Source: an uncultured delta proteobacterium
GTDB lineage: Bacteria; Desulfobacterota; Binatia; Binatales; Binataceae
Assembly: GCA_963808235.1 (NCBI GenBank)
Contig: CAWEEQ010000004.1
Coordinates: forward strand, 2,080,001-2,144,000
Length of the DNA stretch: 64,000 nucleotides
Direction: 5' to 3'
Positions 41,601 to 50,203 of the stretch are shown piece after piece; positions within the stretch are counted from its first letter, which is position 1; the number at the start of each line of letters is the position of its first letter. A program made the position numbers and the translations under genes. Below the pieces are notes generated by a model. That model did no database searches. It saw only the letters and a program-made list of their open reading frames with translations, and was not told the origin of the DNA.

Positions 41601-41850
41601 ATTCGATGTGCTCGATTCCGTCAACGGTGGTCGAATAGGCCCGCTCGCTGATGATCACGAGCCGGCGCTCCATGTCGACCGCGTTCAGCCCGGGATAGCT
41701 CCAAACCACCATCACCACCGGCAGATTGATCGCCGGGAAGATGTCCACGTTCATCATGGTGAACGACAAGACACCCATCACCAGCATCAGCATCGCCATG
41801 ACCGCTACTGACAGCGGACGCCGCAGCGCGAGTCGAACGATCCACATCAT
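38674..41850 (-). CDS. RND efflux permease (AcrB/AcrD/AcrF family)
   Basis: LALRRP, DIFPAINLP, GMLVDDATVEVENI, RFRPIIMT. Confidence 0.93.
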   Translation of the reverse strand: MMWIVRLALRRPLSVAVMAMLMLVMGVLSFTMMNVDIFPAINLPVVMVVWSYPGLNAVDMERRLVIISERAYSTTVDGIEHIESESILGIGILKVYFQPGTDIGAAIAQIDSVSETILRQAPTGTTAPNIISYNAANVPVAQLNIYSETLSQQQLFDYGLNFIRLQLFTIPGFSSPAPIGGVQRAVVVNLDPKQMYANGLSPVDIGNALSTTNVVIPSGTARMGNYEYDVDLNMNPSKVSEFNRLPIRVTNGIPIFLGDIAPVSDTHQPQSNVVRIDGRPATFLLVIKHAAASTLSVVDAVRNRIPEILAVAPKGLKVALTFDQSAFVRASLWEVVREAVIAAALVALMVLVFIGSPSSMLIVIASIPLSILTSIACLHLAGQTINTMTLGGIALAVGMLVDDATVEVENIHRNHAMDKPLLVAILDGAHQIATPTFIGTLSICIVFFPVVLLTGVARFLFTPLALAVVFAMLTSYLLSRTLVPTMASYLLPEKHQGVPTTGFWSGFLRGFEAGFERLRKHYVSGVTSFIAHRGLSLTCAGLMILGTLPLLYVTGEDFFPTVDAGLLKFHVRAPSGTRIERTALIVDDIERAIRQIIPADELQQISDDIDLPQPYAIAFFPTDNLGPQDGEILIQLKPKHHPTAIYQDRIRQMMATQFPNVEGYFMAADIVNQVLNFGLPAAIDAQINGNDLHSDYQIATRLAAKMALIPGVADMRIAEPLDYPSFKVNVDRAKALELGVTEQQVASGLLSSLSGNTLISPNYWLDPVNGVNYNVVTQAPIQMTASVDQIANTPLTNGTSGQAVQFLGNVASISHNNDPAVVAHYTVQRVIDVDCGVSGRDLGSTTGAVQKAIDSLGELPAGTKVVIRGQSQAMNQSFKTMGLGLILAIVLVYLLMVANFQSWLEPFIIIMAVPGALAGVLWMLVLTGTTINVESMMGAIMAVGVGVANGNLLITFANEMREEGMGPVEAAIEAGHVRFRPIIMTALAMILGMLPMALALGEGSEQNAPLGRAVIGGLFAATLMTLFVVPAVYSIFSRTLITKRQRDERVQAIAEPGA

Positions 41851-41882
41851 GGCTGGTTTACCTCCCTGGAAGCGTCAATCGC

Positions 41883-42836
41883 TCATCGCGCGGCCGCAGC
41901 TTTCAGTCTTGAAGTCAGGCTGGCCGGCTCAGAATTCCCATGGACCCGCGCGAGGCGTTCCATTTCGCAGATCACGCTCGAGAAATCCTCGTCGCCATTG
42001 AGCGCAGTCCGCGCTGCATTAATCTGTAGCGCCGCCGCGGTTGTCGGCATCGGCGCACCCAGCTCACCTGCCTTCTCGAGAATCAATCTGAAGTCCTTGT
42101 TCATGAGGCGGAGCGGGAATTGAGGCGAATAGTCGTCGTGCCCGGCACGAATCAATTTGTTCTGATGTGCCGCGGACACCACCGCGGTCTTCGCGAGCAC
42201 CTCCAAAAGAAGTTCGCGATCGAGGCCCGCCTTTTCTCCGAACGCCACCGCTTCCGCGATCGCCTGCATATTCACCCCGAGCAACGCGTTCACCACCAGC
42301 TTCATCGTGGTCCCGGAACCGCTCGGCCCGAGAAGGAAATACTGCTTCGCCACTGCCGAGAAGATTGGTTGGCATGCGTCGAATGTGCGCGCGTCGCCGC
42401 CGCCGAGAAGCGTCAAAGCGCCCTGCTCCGCCGCGGGCGTGCTGCCCGAAATGGCGACGTCCAGAACTTCGAGCCCGCGCTCTACTCCCATCCGATGGAG
42501 CACTCGCGATGTATCTGGCGAGACCGTACTCATCTCGATCACGACGCTGCCGTGGTTCGCGCAAGCGAGAACTCCTTCCTCGCCTTGATAGACACTCAGC
42601 ACCGCTTCGTCAGTCGGCAGGCACGAGATGATCACTTCCGATTTTCGCGCGAGCTGGCGAAGGCTCGGCGCAACTATCGCTCCGAAGGAAGCGAGTTCTG
42701 CCGTCTTACGAATCGTGTGGTCGTATGCAAAAACCTGGAAGCCGCTATTCAGCAGTCGGCGCGCCATCAGCTGTCCCATGGCGCCAAGCCCGATGAATCC
42801 GATCGTGGAATGCTTGGTAATCATTGGTCCCTCCAT
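41883..42836 (-). CDS. NAD(P)-dependent oxidoreductase, 3-hydroxyisobutyrate dehydrogenase family
   Basis: GFIGLGAMG, EMSTVSP, ISGS, MKLVVN, MNKD. Confidence 0.9.
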   Translation of the reverse strand: MEGPMITKHSTIGFIGLGAMGQLMARRLLNSGFQVFAYDHTIRKTAELASFGAIVAPSLRQLARKSEVIISCLPTDEAVLSVYQGEEGVLACANHGSVVIEMSTVSPDTSRVLHRMGVERGLEVLDVAISGSTPAAEQGALTLLGGGDARTFDACQPIFSAVAKQYFLLGPSGSGTTMKLVVNALLGVNMQAIAEAVAFGEKAGLDRELLLEVLAKTAVVSAAHQNKLIRAGHDDYSPQFPLRLMNKDFRLILEKAGELGAPMPTTAAALQINAARTALNGDEDFSSVICEMERLARVHGNSEPASLTSRLKAAAAR

Positions 42837-42856
42837 TAACTCCGCAGCGAGATTGG

Positions 42857-43051
42857 CTAGAGAATTCTGAACTTGATCAGGATCGAAAAGAGCGCCACGG
42901 CGAGCACGACGAGCCCGATCAGCATCAGGGAGTCCGCGGCCGCGGTCTCAGTGTAGGATCCGTACGGAATCGCGCGGGCGCGAAAATTCTTCGTTTGGTG
43001 ATTCGCTATCATTGTGAAGTACCGGTATCTGTCGAGTAATTTCGAGTCCAT
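42857..43051 (-). CDS. Small membrane protein
   Basis: GGAGG RBS, C-terminal TM helix; first gene downstream of motif copy 4. Confidence 0.45.
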   Translation of the reverse strand: MDSKLLDRYRYFTMIANHQTKNFRARAIPYGSYTETAAADSLMLIGLVVLAVALFSILIKFRIL

Positions 43052-43096
43052 TTTCGTAAGCCTCCGATTCAAACTCTTCATCGCTTTCACTACAGA

Positions 43097-43118
43097 AGGC
43101 GTGAAAAATCGCGGCACA
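43097..43118 (-). promoter_or_regulatory. Conserved motif TGTG-N7-TTTTCACGCCT, copy 4
   Basis: Upstream of the oxidoreductase-RND-AKR operon; also forms TTTCAC-N10-GTGAAA. Confidence 0.6.
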
Positions 43119-43152
43119 ATCGGGCTGCGATGAGATTTCACGGCGGAAAGTT

Positions 43153-43177
43153 AAAAGTGAAAAGTGAAAAGTGAAAA
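43153..43177. repeat. Tandem heptamer (AAAAGTG)x3
   Basis: aaaagtgaaaagtgaaaagtgaaaa. Confidence 0.7.
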
Positions 43178-43327
43178 GGCGGCAGCTCCCGCATTCGGAG
43201 TGGCGGGCATCGGCGGATTTACGATGGATTCGTGAAGCAGAAGGGAAGTGCGCGCGAGAGCGAGGCTGCTGCTGCGAGCTGTTGGGTCAACGGAATTGCG
43301 ATGCGAGAAACCGGGTCCGACCCCTCG

Positions 43328-43519
43328 TCACTGGACCGGTCGGACGTGCTCAAGCTCTTCCGGAAACACCACGCAGTCGCCTCCGGTCTGCCACCTTACC
43401 TTCATTAAGGTGCGATCGATGTTGCGTATGACGCCAAGGATCGTCACCTCTTCGCTGGGCAGGTGAACTTCGCCGCTGCGTGGATCTCGCACCCATTTTA
43501 CTAGAGTCGCCGTATCCAT
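43328..43519 (-). CDS. Small hypothetical protein (63 aa, predicted beta-rich)
   Basis: Protein-like composition; ATG lies 7 nt after motif copy 5. Confidence 0.5.
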   Translation of the reverse strand: MDTATLVKWVRDPRSGEVHLPSEEVTILGVIRNIDRTLMKVRWQTGGDCVVFPEELEHVRPVQ

Positions 43520-43526
43520 GAGCGTT

Positions 43527-43548
43527 AGGCGTGAAAAATGGCCGCACA
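43527..43548 (-). promoter_or_regulatory. Conserved motif TGTG-N7-TTTTCACGCCT, copy 5
   Basis: In the divergent gap next to the AAA regulator gene. Confidence 0.6.
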
Positions 43549-43595
43549 GCGGGTGTGTGCTGATAATTGCTCAGGTGGTACGATCTTCTTGAAAC

Positions 43596-46500
43596 GTGGT
43601 CCCCCTGGAATTTCTCTCGAATCCAAGCGGAACAAATCCCATGGCACGTGAGACATGGAGCGCCCGATCCGGATCGGCTGGCATCGTCGACTTGGGGCCG
43701 ACCGCCGGTGCCGGGCAGAACGAAAAAGGGGTATTCCGCAAAGAGGGCGAGTACTGGACCGTCGGCTACGGCGGAAAAACCTTTCGCCTGAAAGACACCA
43801 AGGGACTCGGGTATCTCGCCCATCTCCTGCGTCATCCTTCGGTCGAATTCCACGTGCTCGATCTGGCCGGTGGAATCGCAAGTCAGCGCGAGGAAGACGA
43901 AACCATTGCGTCAGCGCATGGCTTGCCGCGCGGGGCTGAGGACCTCGAAAAAACGGGAATCCATATCGCGAGCCTCGGCGATGCGGGCGAAATGCTTGAC
44001 GAGCAAGCCAAGTCGGCTTACCGACGCCGACTCTCCGAGCTGCAGGAAGAACTGGAAGAGAGTAAGGAACTCGGGAACGTCGAACGCGCGGAGCAAACGG
44101 AGCAGGAGATCGATGCGCTGACTTCGGAACTCTCGCGCGCAGTCGGACTCGGCGGACGCAATCGCCGCGCAGCGTCAGCTTCGGAACGGGCCCGACAGAG
44201 CATCACCAAGACGATCAAGGCGGTACTGGACAGAATCGCGCAGAGCGATGCGACCCTCGGAAGCATCCTGTCGCGATGCATCAAGACCGGCACCTTCTGC
44301 TCCTACCTGCCTGATCCCGACTTCCCCATTGCGTGGGAATTCGAGGCTATCGAACCAGCGGAACAGCCGACCTTCAGTGTCAGTAACGCTCCGGCGCCTG
44401 TCGAGTCCCATGGCGATGCTGCGCATTCCGCACCTGCAGTTCTGGGAGTTTCGCCATTCTCGCTCGCGGAGCGAACCGCTTTCGTGGGGCGGGAGAGCGA
44501 ACGTGGCGTCATTCGCGCGGCAATCGATCGCGCGCTTGAGGGCCACGGCTCGCTGATCATGCTCGGCGGCGGACCCGGCGTGGGCAAGAGCCGCCTGGCG
44601 ATGGAGATGGGGGAGTACGCGTCGCGAGTCGGCTTTCGATGCCTGGTCGGGCACTGCTACGAAAGAGACGAGCCTTTTCCATTTCTTCCTTTCGCGGAGA
44701 TCCTTGAAAGCAGCCTCGCTCAGGCGGCAAGCCGCGATGAATTCCGCCGTCGGATGGGCGAAAATGCACCCGAACTGGCGCAGATCGCGCCAAGCCTTCG
44801 ACGAGCTTTTCCGGATATTCCGCAACCATTGGAACTGCCACCGGCGCAGAGGCGCCGCTATCTTTTCCAGAGCGTTTCAGAGGCGCTTGGGCGCGCGTCT
44901 CGAACCCGTTCGCAGTTGCACATCCTGGAGGATCTCCATTGGGCCGACGAATCGACGCTGGGGCTTTTGATTCATCTGGCCAATCGCGTCGCCCAGCTTC
45001 CGGTTGTGATCATCGGCACCTATCGCGACGGATATTCGGAACATAATTCCGCCTTGGTCCGAACCCTTGAAGAGCTGATTCGGATGGGTACTCGTCCGCT
45101 GAAGCTGGGCGGTCTGTCCAGAGACGCCGTCGCGGAGATGTTGCACGGACTAAGCCGTGGGCGAGCTCCGGAAAATCTGGTGAGCCTCATCTTCGAGGAA
45201 AGCCAGGGATATCCGTTCTTCGTCGAAGAGGTCTACCGGCACCTGGTTGAAGAGGGGAAAGTCTTCGATGCGGCCGGGCAGTTCCGCACTGACATAAAGA
45301 TCGACGATCTCGACGTTCCGGAAAACGTACGCTTGATCATCGGGCGCCGCCTCGAGCGGTTCGACGAGTCCGAAAAGCGGGTCCTGGCGGCGGCCGCGAT
45401 GATCGGGCGCAGTTTCAGCTTTCGACTCCTGACTGCAGTCAGCCAAATCGACGTTGACGATCTTTTCACCGTCATCGAGAAGGCGCAGCAGATGGGAATA
45501 ATCGTCGCCAGCTCGCAGGGACCCGAAACGCCGTTCACCTTCGCCCATGAACTCGTGCGGCAGACCCTGCTTGGCAGGATCTCGGCTCCGCGCCAACAAC
45601 AATTGCACGCCGGGGTCGCCGACGCGATCGAGTTGGTCTATCCGCGTTTCGTCAACGAACGCGCCGGAGAGATCACTGACCATCTGCTAAAAGCGGGATC
45701 GTTCGCCGATGAACGCAGACTGGTCCGTTACCTGACGTTGGCGGGCAAGAACGCTCTTGAAGCTGCGGCATTTGAAGAATCGCGGCGCAGCTTTAAGTCT
45801 GCCCTGTCGTACCAAGGCACTCGTGACCCCAGGGAAAAGGCTGAGTTGCTGGTGAACCTCTCGGCGGCGGAGCTGAGTCTCGAGCGATGGGACGCGGTAC
45901 TGGCCAATCTTCGCGAGGCGCTCGAAATTTACACTCATCTCGAAGACCGGGAGATGATCGGAAGGAGCTTCGTCCGGTTGACCAACGTCTTGATCTGGGT
46001 GGGTCGCTTCCGGGAAGCCGCCGAGACCGGTCGGCGCGGACTCGACTACCTTAAGGGTGAGGTGAGCGCTACCCGAGGACGCCTTCTTGCCGCCTTGGGC
46101 CAGGCGATCGCGGCCAACGGCGTCTGCGAGTCGGCCACCGATGCGCTGCAGGAAGCCTTAAACATCGCATCGCAGCTCTCCGATACGAAGCTTGAGGCCA
46201 GAGTGCTCGGCGCTCGGTCGATCGTAAATTTACATTTCTTCCGATTGCGAGAGGCTGCCGCGGATGGATTGCTCAGCGAGCAACTGGGTGGATCTGAATT
46301 GAATCCCTGGCAGCGCGCCCTGCAGCTACGGGTTCTGCATCAGACATTGGTAGCGCTCGGGCGGGTGGAAGAGGCGATCGAAATAGCAGACCAGCTGGAG
46401 CCTCTGGCGACCAGGATAGGGCAGGCTTACTCCATAGCGCTCTGCCTGAGCACCCGCACCTGGCTCGAATTCGGCAAAGAGCTTGACTTGGCCAAACTCG

Positions 46501-47231
46501 AAGCCGGTTTCCGTGAGGTTGCGAAATCCGACCAGAAAGTGCGGTTTCCGTTTTGGGAAGTCCTCTCCGAGGTACAACTGAGCGTGGTCGATCACATTCG
46601 CGGAGACTGGGCACGTGCTCTGTCGCATGTGCAGGCCTCATCCCGCCCCGACCCTGGGATGAGTTCAATCATCGGACTCGCCGAAGGCGCGCTCTTCAGG
46701 CAGATGGCTTACGCGGGCGAGCGCGCCGGTGCGTTGGCTATCTTTCGTGAAAAGCGCGCACTGCTCCCTGGTAGCGGCCATCAGAACCTTAGAGGTTCGT
46801 GGTGGATGCTCGCGCTGGTAGTTGAGGGCCTCGTGATGCTCGGCGAGCAATCGCAAGCGGCGGAGTTCTACCCACTGGTTCGAGAGTTGGTCGCAACCGG
46901 TGCGGTAGCGCTGTGGCCGATCTCACGTTTGACGCAAACGATCGCGGGTATCGCGGCGGCAGCCGCTCATGAGTGGAGCGCCGCTGAAGACCACTTCAAG
47001 ATTGCGACGCAACAGGCTGAGTCATTTCCGCAGCGCCTCGAACTGGCGGAGATCAGACGCTTCCACGCGATGATGTTGATCGAGCGCGGCGCCCGAGGCG
47101 ATCGCGAGAAAGCGCGAACGCTGCTCGTCGAATCGCTTGACACCTACACGCAGATTGGCATGCCCCGCCATATCAAGATCGTTCAGGCTCTGCTCAACCA
47201 GGCGAGTGTCCGAATCAGTTCGACCGGCTAG
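43596..47231 (+). CDS. STAND/AAA_16 ATPase transcriptional regulator with N-terminal putative DNA-binding domain and C-terminal TPR-like repeats
   Basis: FVGRESE, Walker A GGPGVGKS, Walker B LEDLHWAD, FTFAHELVR; N-terminus FRKEGEYW...KGLGYLAHLL...ERARQSITK...IKTGTFCSY. Start may be ATG 43641. Confidence 0.85.
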   Translation: MVPLEFLSNPSGTNPMARETWSARSGSAGIVDLGPTAGAGQNEKGVFRKEGEYWTVGYGGKTFRLKDTKGLGYLAHLLRHPSVEFHVLDLAGGIASQREEDETIASAHGLPRGAEDLEKTGIHIASLGDAGEMLDEQAKSAYRRRLSELQEELEESKELGNVERAEQTEQEIDALTSELSRAVGLGGRNRRAASASERARQSITKTIKAVLDRIAQSDATLGSILSRCIKTGTFCSYLPDPDFPIAWEFEAIEPAEQPTFSVSNAPAPVESHGDAAHSAPAVLGVSPFSLAERTAFVGRESERGVIRAAIDRALEGHGSLIMLGGGPGVGKSRLAMEMGEYASRVGFRCLVGHCYERDEPFPFLPFAEILESSLAQAASRDEFRRRMGENAPELAQIAPSLRRAFPDIPQPLELPPAQRRRYLFQSVSEALGRASRTRSQLHILEDLHWADESTLGLLIHLANRVAQLPVVIIGTYRDGYSEHNSALVRTLEELIRMGTRPLKLGGLSRDAVAEMLHGLSRGRAPENLVSLIFEESQGYPFFVEEVYRHLVEEGKVFDAAGQFRTDIKIDDLDVPENVRLIIGRRLERFDESEKRVLAAAAMIGRSFSFRLLTAVSQIDVDDLFTVIEKAQQMGIIVASSQGPETPFTFAHELVRQTLLGRISAPRQQQLHAGVADAIELVYPRFVNERAGEITDHLLKAGSFADERRLVRYLTLAGKNALEAAAFEESRRSFKSALSYQGTRDPREKAELLVNLSAAELSLERWDAVLANLREALEIYTHLEDREMIGRSFVRLTNVLIWVGRFREAAETGRRGLDYLKGEVSATRGRLLAALGQAIAANGVCESATDALQEALNIASQLSDTKLEARVLGARSIVNLHFFRLREAAADGLLSEQLGGSELNPWQRALQLRVLHQTLVALGRVEEAIEIADQLEPLATRIGQAYSIALCLSTRTWLEFGKELDLAKLEAGFREVAKSDQKVRFPFWEVLSEVQLSVVDHIRGDWARALSHVQASSRPDPGMSSIIGLAEGALFRQMAYAGERAGALAIFREKRALLPGSGHQNLRGSWWMLALVVEGLVMLGEQSQAAEFYPLVRELVATGAVALWPISRLTQTIAGIAAAAAHEWSAAEDHFKIATQQAESFPQRLELAEIRRFHAMMLIERGARGDREKARTLLVESLDTYTQIGMPRHIKIVQALLNQASVRISSTG

Positions 47232-48375
47232 ATCCGTCGAACCGTAGAACAGCATACTTTGCGATGAGTCGCGCTGGTCGCAGGAAGTAGTACAAAAAAT
47301 ATAACGCGGGGGGAAGTTGCAAGGCTTTGTAATCGGCCCAGGAAGGTGCGAAGTGGCCGAGCAGGTAGCGCATACGATGTGGCGCTGACTCGAAAAGCCG
47401 CAAGCAGAAAGGGATTAACTCGGACTCCGGAGTCCGAATAGGCGCGCCTGCCAGCACCCGGTTTCTCACCTGCCGAACAAGTTCATCTACCGCGGTATCG
47501 GCAGGCAGCGTCAACGGCAGCGCGACCCCGAATAGATCCTCCGACAGCTTCAACCCAAGCAAAAGCTCGCGCATCGTGCCGGCGCGAGTCGACGCGGCTA
47601 TCACCTCGGGCCAACGCAAATTCGGAAAGGCGATCGCACATGATGCGACGTCGCAGATCCAGCCGAGGCGTTCGAAGGCATGCTTGGACCCGTGCGCGCA
47701 CAGCAACAGCAGTAGATGTTCCGGACACAGGAGTGGGATCGTGCGGCCGCAGAACGCAGTCGACACGAGCGATCGCCACACTACTTCGTGATCGAAAGGA
47801 CTCGCAAAATAGCTGGGCATGATCCGCCAATGCAGGTCCACGAAGTGGGAATCATCGACCAGCGAGATTTCCGCTTCTCTGCCGCGAAGAAAAGCAGAAT
47901 CGCACGGCCAGTGCAGAGGGCTTGCGACCCGGTAGCCTCGGGCGGTCAAAACGTCGCGGACTCGCAAGACATCGCGCGGATGAACCAGCCAATCGAGATC
48001 TGCGGAAGAGCGCATCGACAGATCGCCATAAAGTTGCTGACTCAGCGCGGGACCTTTCAACGGAACGAAATCGATCTCGTGTTCCTTAAACGATTCGGCC
48101 AATCTGCAGAGCTCTGCACTGAGTGCCAGGTTCCACCGGGTATTCTGTTGGAACGCCAGGCGAAGATTTTCCGCGGCGTGCGGCGGTATCGGGACCGATC
48201 CAAGCGCCCGGTAAAGCATCGGCGTAACGGCATGGCCTGACGAAAGGCGCATCAATTCGGCCCAGTCGATCCCGCCCGGGTCCGGTGGCGGATCTTCAGG
48301 ATGAAAAAACCGGCGCAATGCCGCGACCAGAAATTCGCACTCCCGGCTCACTGGAGGTTTTGGGCCGACCACCAC
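47215..48375 (-). CDS. Nucleotidyltransferase (NTP_transf_5 family, lasso-cluster type)
   Basis: LKGPALSQQLYGD..MRSSADLDWLV, VDLHW, LLLLCAHGSKH, WICDV. Confidence 0.88.
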   Translation of the reverse strand: MVVGPKPPVSRECEFLVAALRRFFHPEDPPPDPGGIDWAELMRLSSGHAVTPMLYRALGSVPIPPHAAENLRLAFQQNTRWNLALSAELCRLAESFKEHEIDFVPLKGPALSQQLYGDLSMRSSADLDWLVHPRDVLRVRDVLTARGYRVASPLHWPCDSAFLRGREAEISLVDDSHFVDLHWRIMPSYFASPFDHEVVWRSLVSTAFCGRTIPLLCPEHLLLLLCAHGSKHAFERLGWICDVASCAIAFPNLRWPEVIAASTRAGTMRELLLGLKLSEDLFGVALPLTLPADTAVDELVRQVRNRVLAGAPIRTPESELIPFCLRLFESAPHRMRYLLGHFAPSWADYKALQLPPALYFLYYFLRPARLIAKYAVLRFDGSSRSN

Positions 48376-50159
48376 ATCGCGTAGCGTCCTCCTCGCGCGA
48401 TCAACTCCTTGTGCGAACCCGATTCGAGCACGCGCCCCTCTTCCATCACGTGAATCTCGTCGGCAAGCATCGCGGTGGTGAACCGATGCGTAATCACCAG
48501 GGCGGTGCGTCCCACTGCAAGATCGCGAAAGCGCCGCAACCAGTCAGCCTCGGCCCACGGATCCATTGCGCTGGTCGGCTCGTCCAGAATCAGGATTGGA
48601 GCCTGCCGCACAAATGCCCGCGCAAGCGCCAGCCGCTGCCACTCGCCCACGCTCAACTCGACGCCCTTGTCGAACCAGTGACCGAGCAGGTTTTCATAGC
48701 CGGCGGGAAGGCGGCGGATGAAAGTCTCGGCGCCGGCAGCCTCCGCGGCGGCGCAAATCAGCCCGTCGTCTCCCATCTTGGAAAGATCGCCCAGGCCGAT
48801 GTTCTCGCGGACCGAGGCGTTGTAGTGGACCGGCTGCTGGAACAACACGGTGACCTGCTGACGAAGCTCGTCGACTGCGAAGTTCCGCAAATCGGTCCCG
48901 TCGATTGTGATCGAGCCGGTCTCGGGATCGTAGAATCGGCACAGCAACTTGACCAGGGTACTCTTGCCCGCTCCGTTGGGACCAACGATCGCTACCACCT
49001 GGCCCTTGGGCACAAAGAGCTCAAAGTCGTTGAGCGCCAGACGTTGTCTGTCTGGGTAGCGAAAACAGATGTTTTGAAAACGAATACCCTCTTGTAGCTG
49101 GCGCGGAACCGGAACCGGCGAAACTGGTGAGATGACTCGCGGCACGAGCTCCAGGAATTCGAACAGGTTGCCGAGGAAGAGCGTGTTTTGATACAGCTCG
49201 CCGACGTTTTGCAAAAGCTCCCGCGCAAGACGCAAGCCTTGCTGAAACGCCTGATACAAAAGCGCCAGATCGCCGAGCGAGAGCTGGCCGCGCAGCGTCC
49301 TGAAAACCATCCAGACGCATGCTGCCGCGGTCACCGCCAGCGTGGACGCGCCCGCCAGCAGCTCCGCCAACCCCTGCGAGCGAGCCAGGTTGATGCGCTT
49401 CTCGCGCAGGAACTTACGCAGCTCGCGATACGCGCCCTCAAAGTAATCTCCCAGCGCAAAGAGGCGGACTTCGGAAGCGTGTTCTCCCGACGTGAGAATC
49501 CAATCGTAATACCAGATTCGGCGTACCACTGGGGTCGTCGTCATGCGAAGCTGGTGCTGCACGACGGCGTAGCGAAGCACCACGGCGAGCGCCGGGATCG
49601 TGCTCAACAACAGCGCCACCGGAAGCCAGATACCGAAACCCGCCAGCACCGCGAGCATCGCGGCAAGTGTGACGCCATTCTGGACCACGGTGCCAAGCTT
49701 TTCGACCAACACCATCGGCCGGCTGCCGGCTTCATCGCGCGCGCGATGGAGATGGTCGTAAAAATCGGGCGATTCGTAAAACGCCAGATCGGCGGCAATC
49801 GACTTGCGGTGAATGAGTCCCGAGATGTGGTCCTGCACCAGCTCGGCCTCGGCAGTGCGGGCCCAGTTGATCACGCCACCCAGCAACTCGGAGAGCAGCA
49901 GCACCATCGCCATCAAGAGCGCAGGCCAGAGCATCGGCCGCCAGTTGCCTCCGGAGCGGACCCCGGCGACAATTCCATTGACCAGGGGCCGGGTCAGATA
50001 AACCGTCGCGACCGGAAGAAATCCTTGAACGAGAAGCAGGGCGGTCCAGATGATGGTCCAGCCGGGCGCGGCTCGCCACACGAGGAGGATCGCGCGAGAG
50101 AGATCAGTCAGCAGAAGCGCCGCGCGACGAAAGCTGATGACAGCAGAGTATTCTGACAA
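48348..50159 (-). CDS. ABC exporter, fused TMD-NBD, no peptidase domain
   Basis: GPNGAGKS, LSVGEWQRLALARAF, LDEPTS. Confidence 0.92.
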   Translation of the reverse strand: MSEYSAVISFRRAALLLTDLSRAILLVWRAAPGWTIIWTALLLVQGFLPVATVYLTRPLVNGIVAGVRSGGNWRPMLWPALLMAMVLLLSELLGGVINWARTAEAELVQDHISGLIHRKSIAADLAFYESPDFYDHLHRARDEAGSRPMVLVEKLGTVVQNGVTLAAMLAVLAGFGIWLPVALLLSTIPALAVVLRYAVVQHQLRMTTTPVVRRIWYYDWILTSGEHASEVRLFALGDYFEGAYRELRKFLREKRINLARSQGLAELLAGASTLAVTAAACVWMVFRTLRGQLSLGDLALLYQAFQQGLRLARELLQNVGELYQNTLFLGNLFEFLELVPRVISPVSPVPVPRQLQEGIRFQNICFRYPDRQRLALNDFELFVPKGQVVAIVGPNGAGKSTLVKLLCRFYDPETGSITIDGTDLRNFAVDELRQQVTVLFQQPVHYNASVRENIGLGDLSKMGDDGLICAAAEAAGAETFIRRLPAGYENLLGHWFDKGVELSVGEWQRLALARAFVRQAPILILDEPTSAMDPWAEADWLRRFRDLAVGRTALVITHRFTTAMLADEIHVMEEGRVLESGSHKELIARGGRYAMWWSAQNLQ

Positions 50160-50203
50160 TCCGTTTATGCCGTGCGCTACTTGACATATTATACCGGCGC
50201 ATA

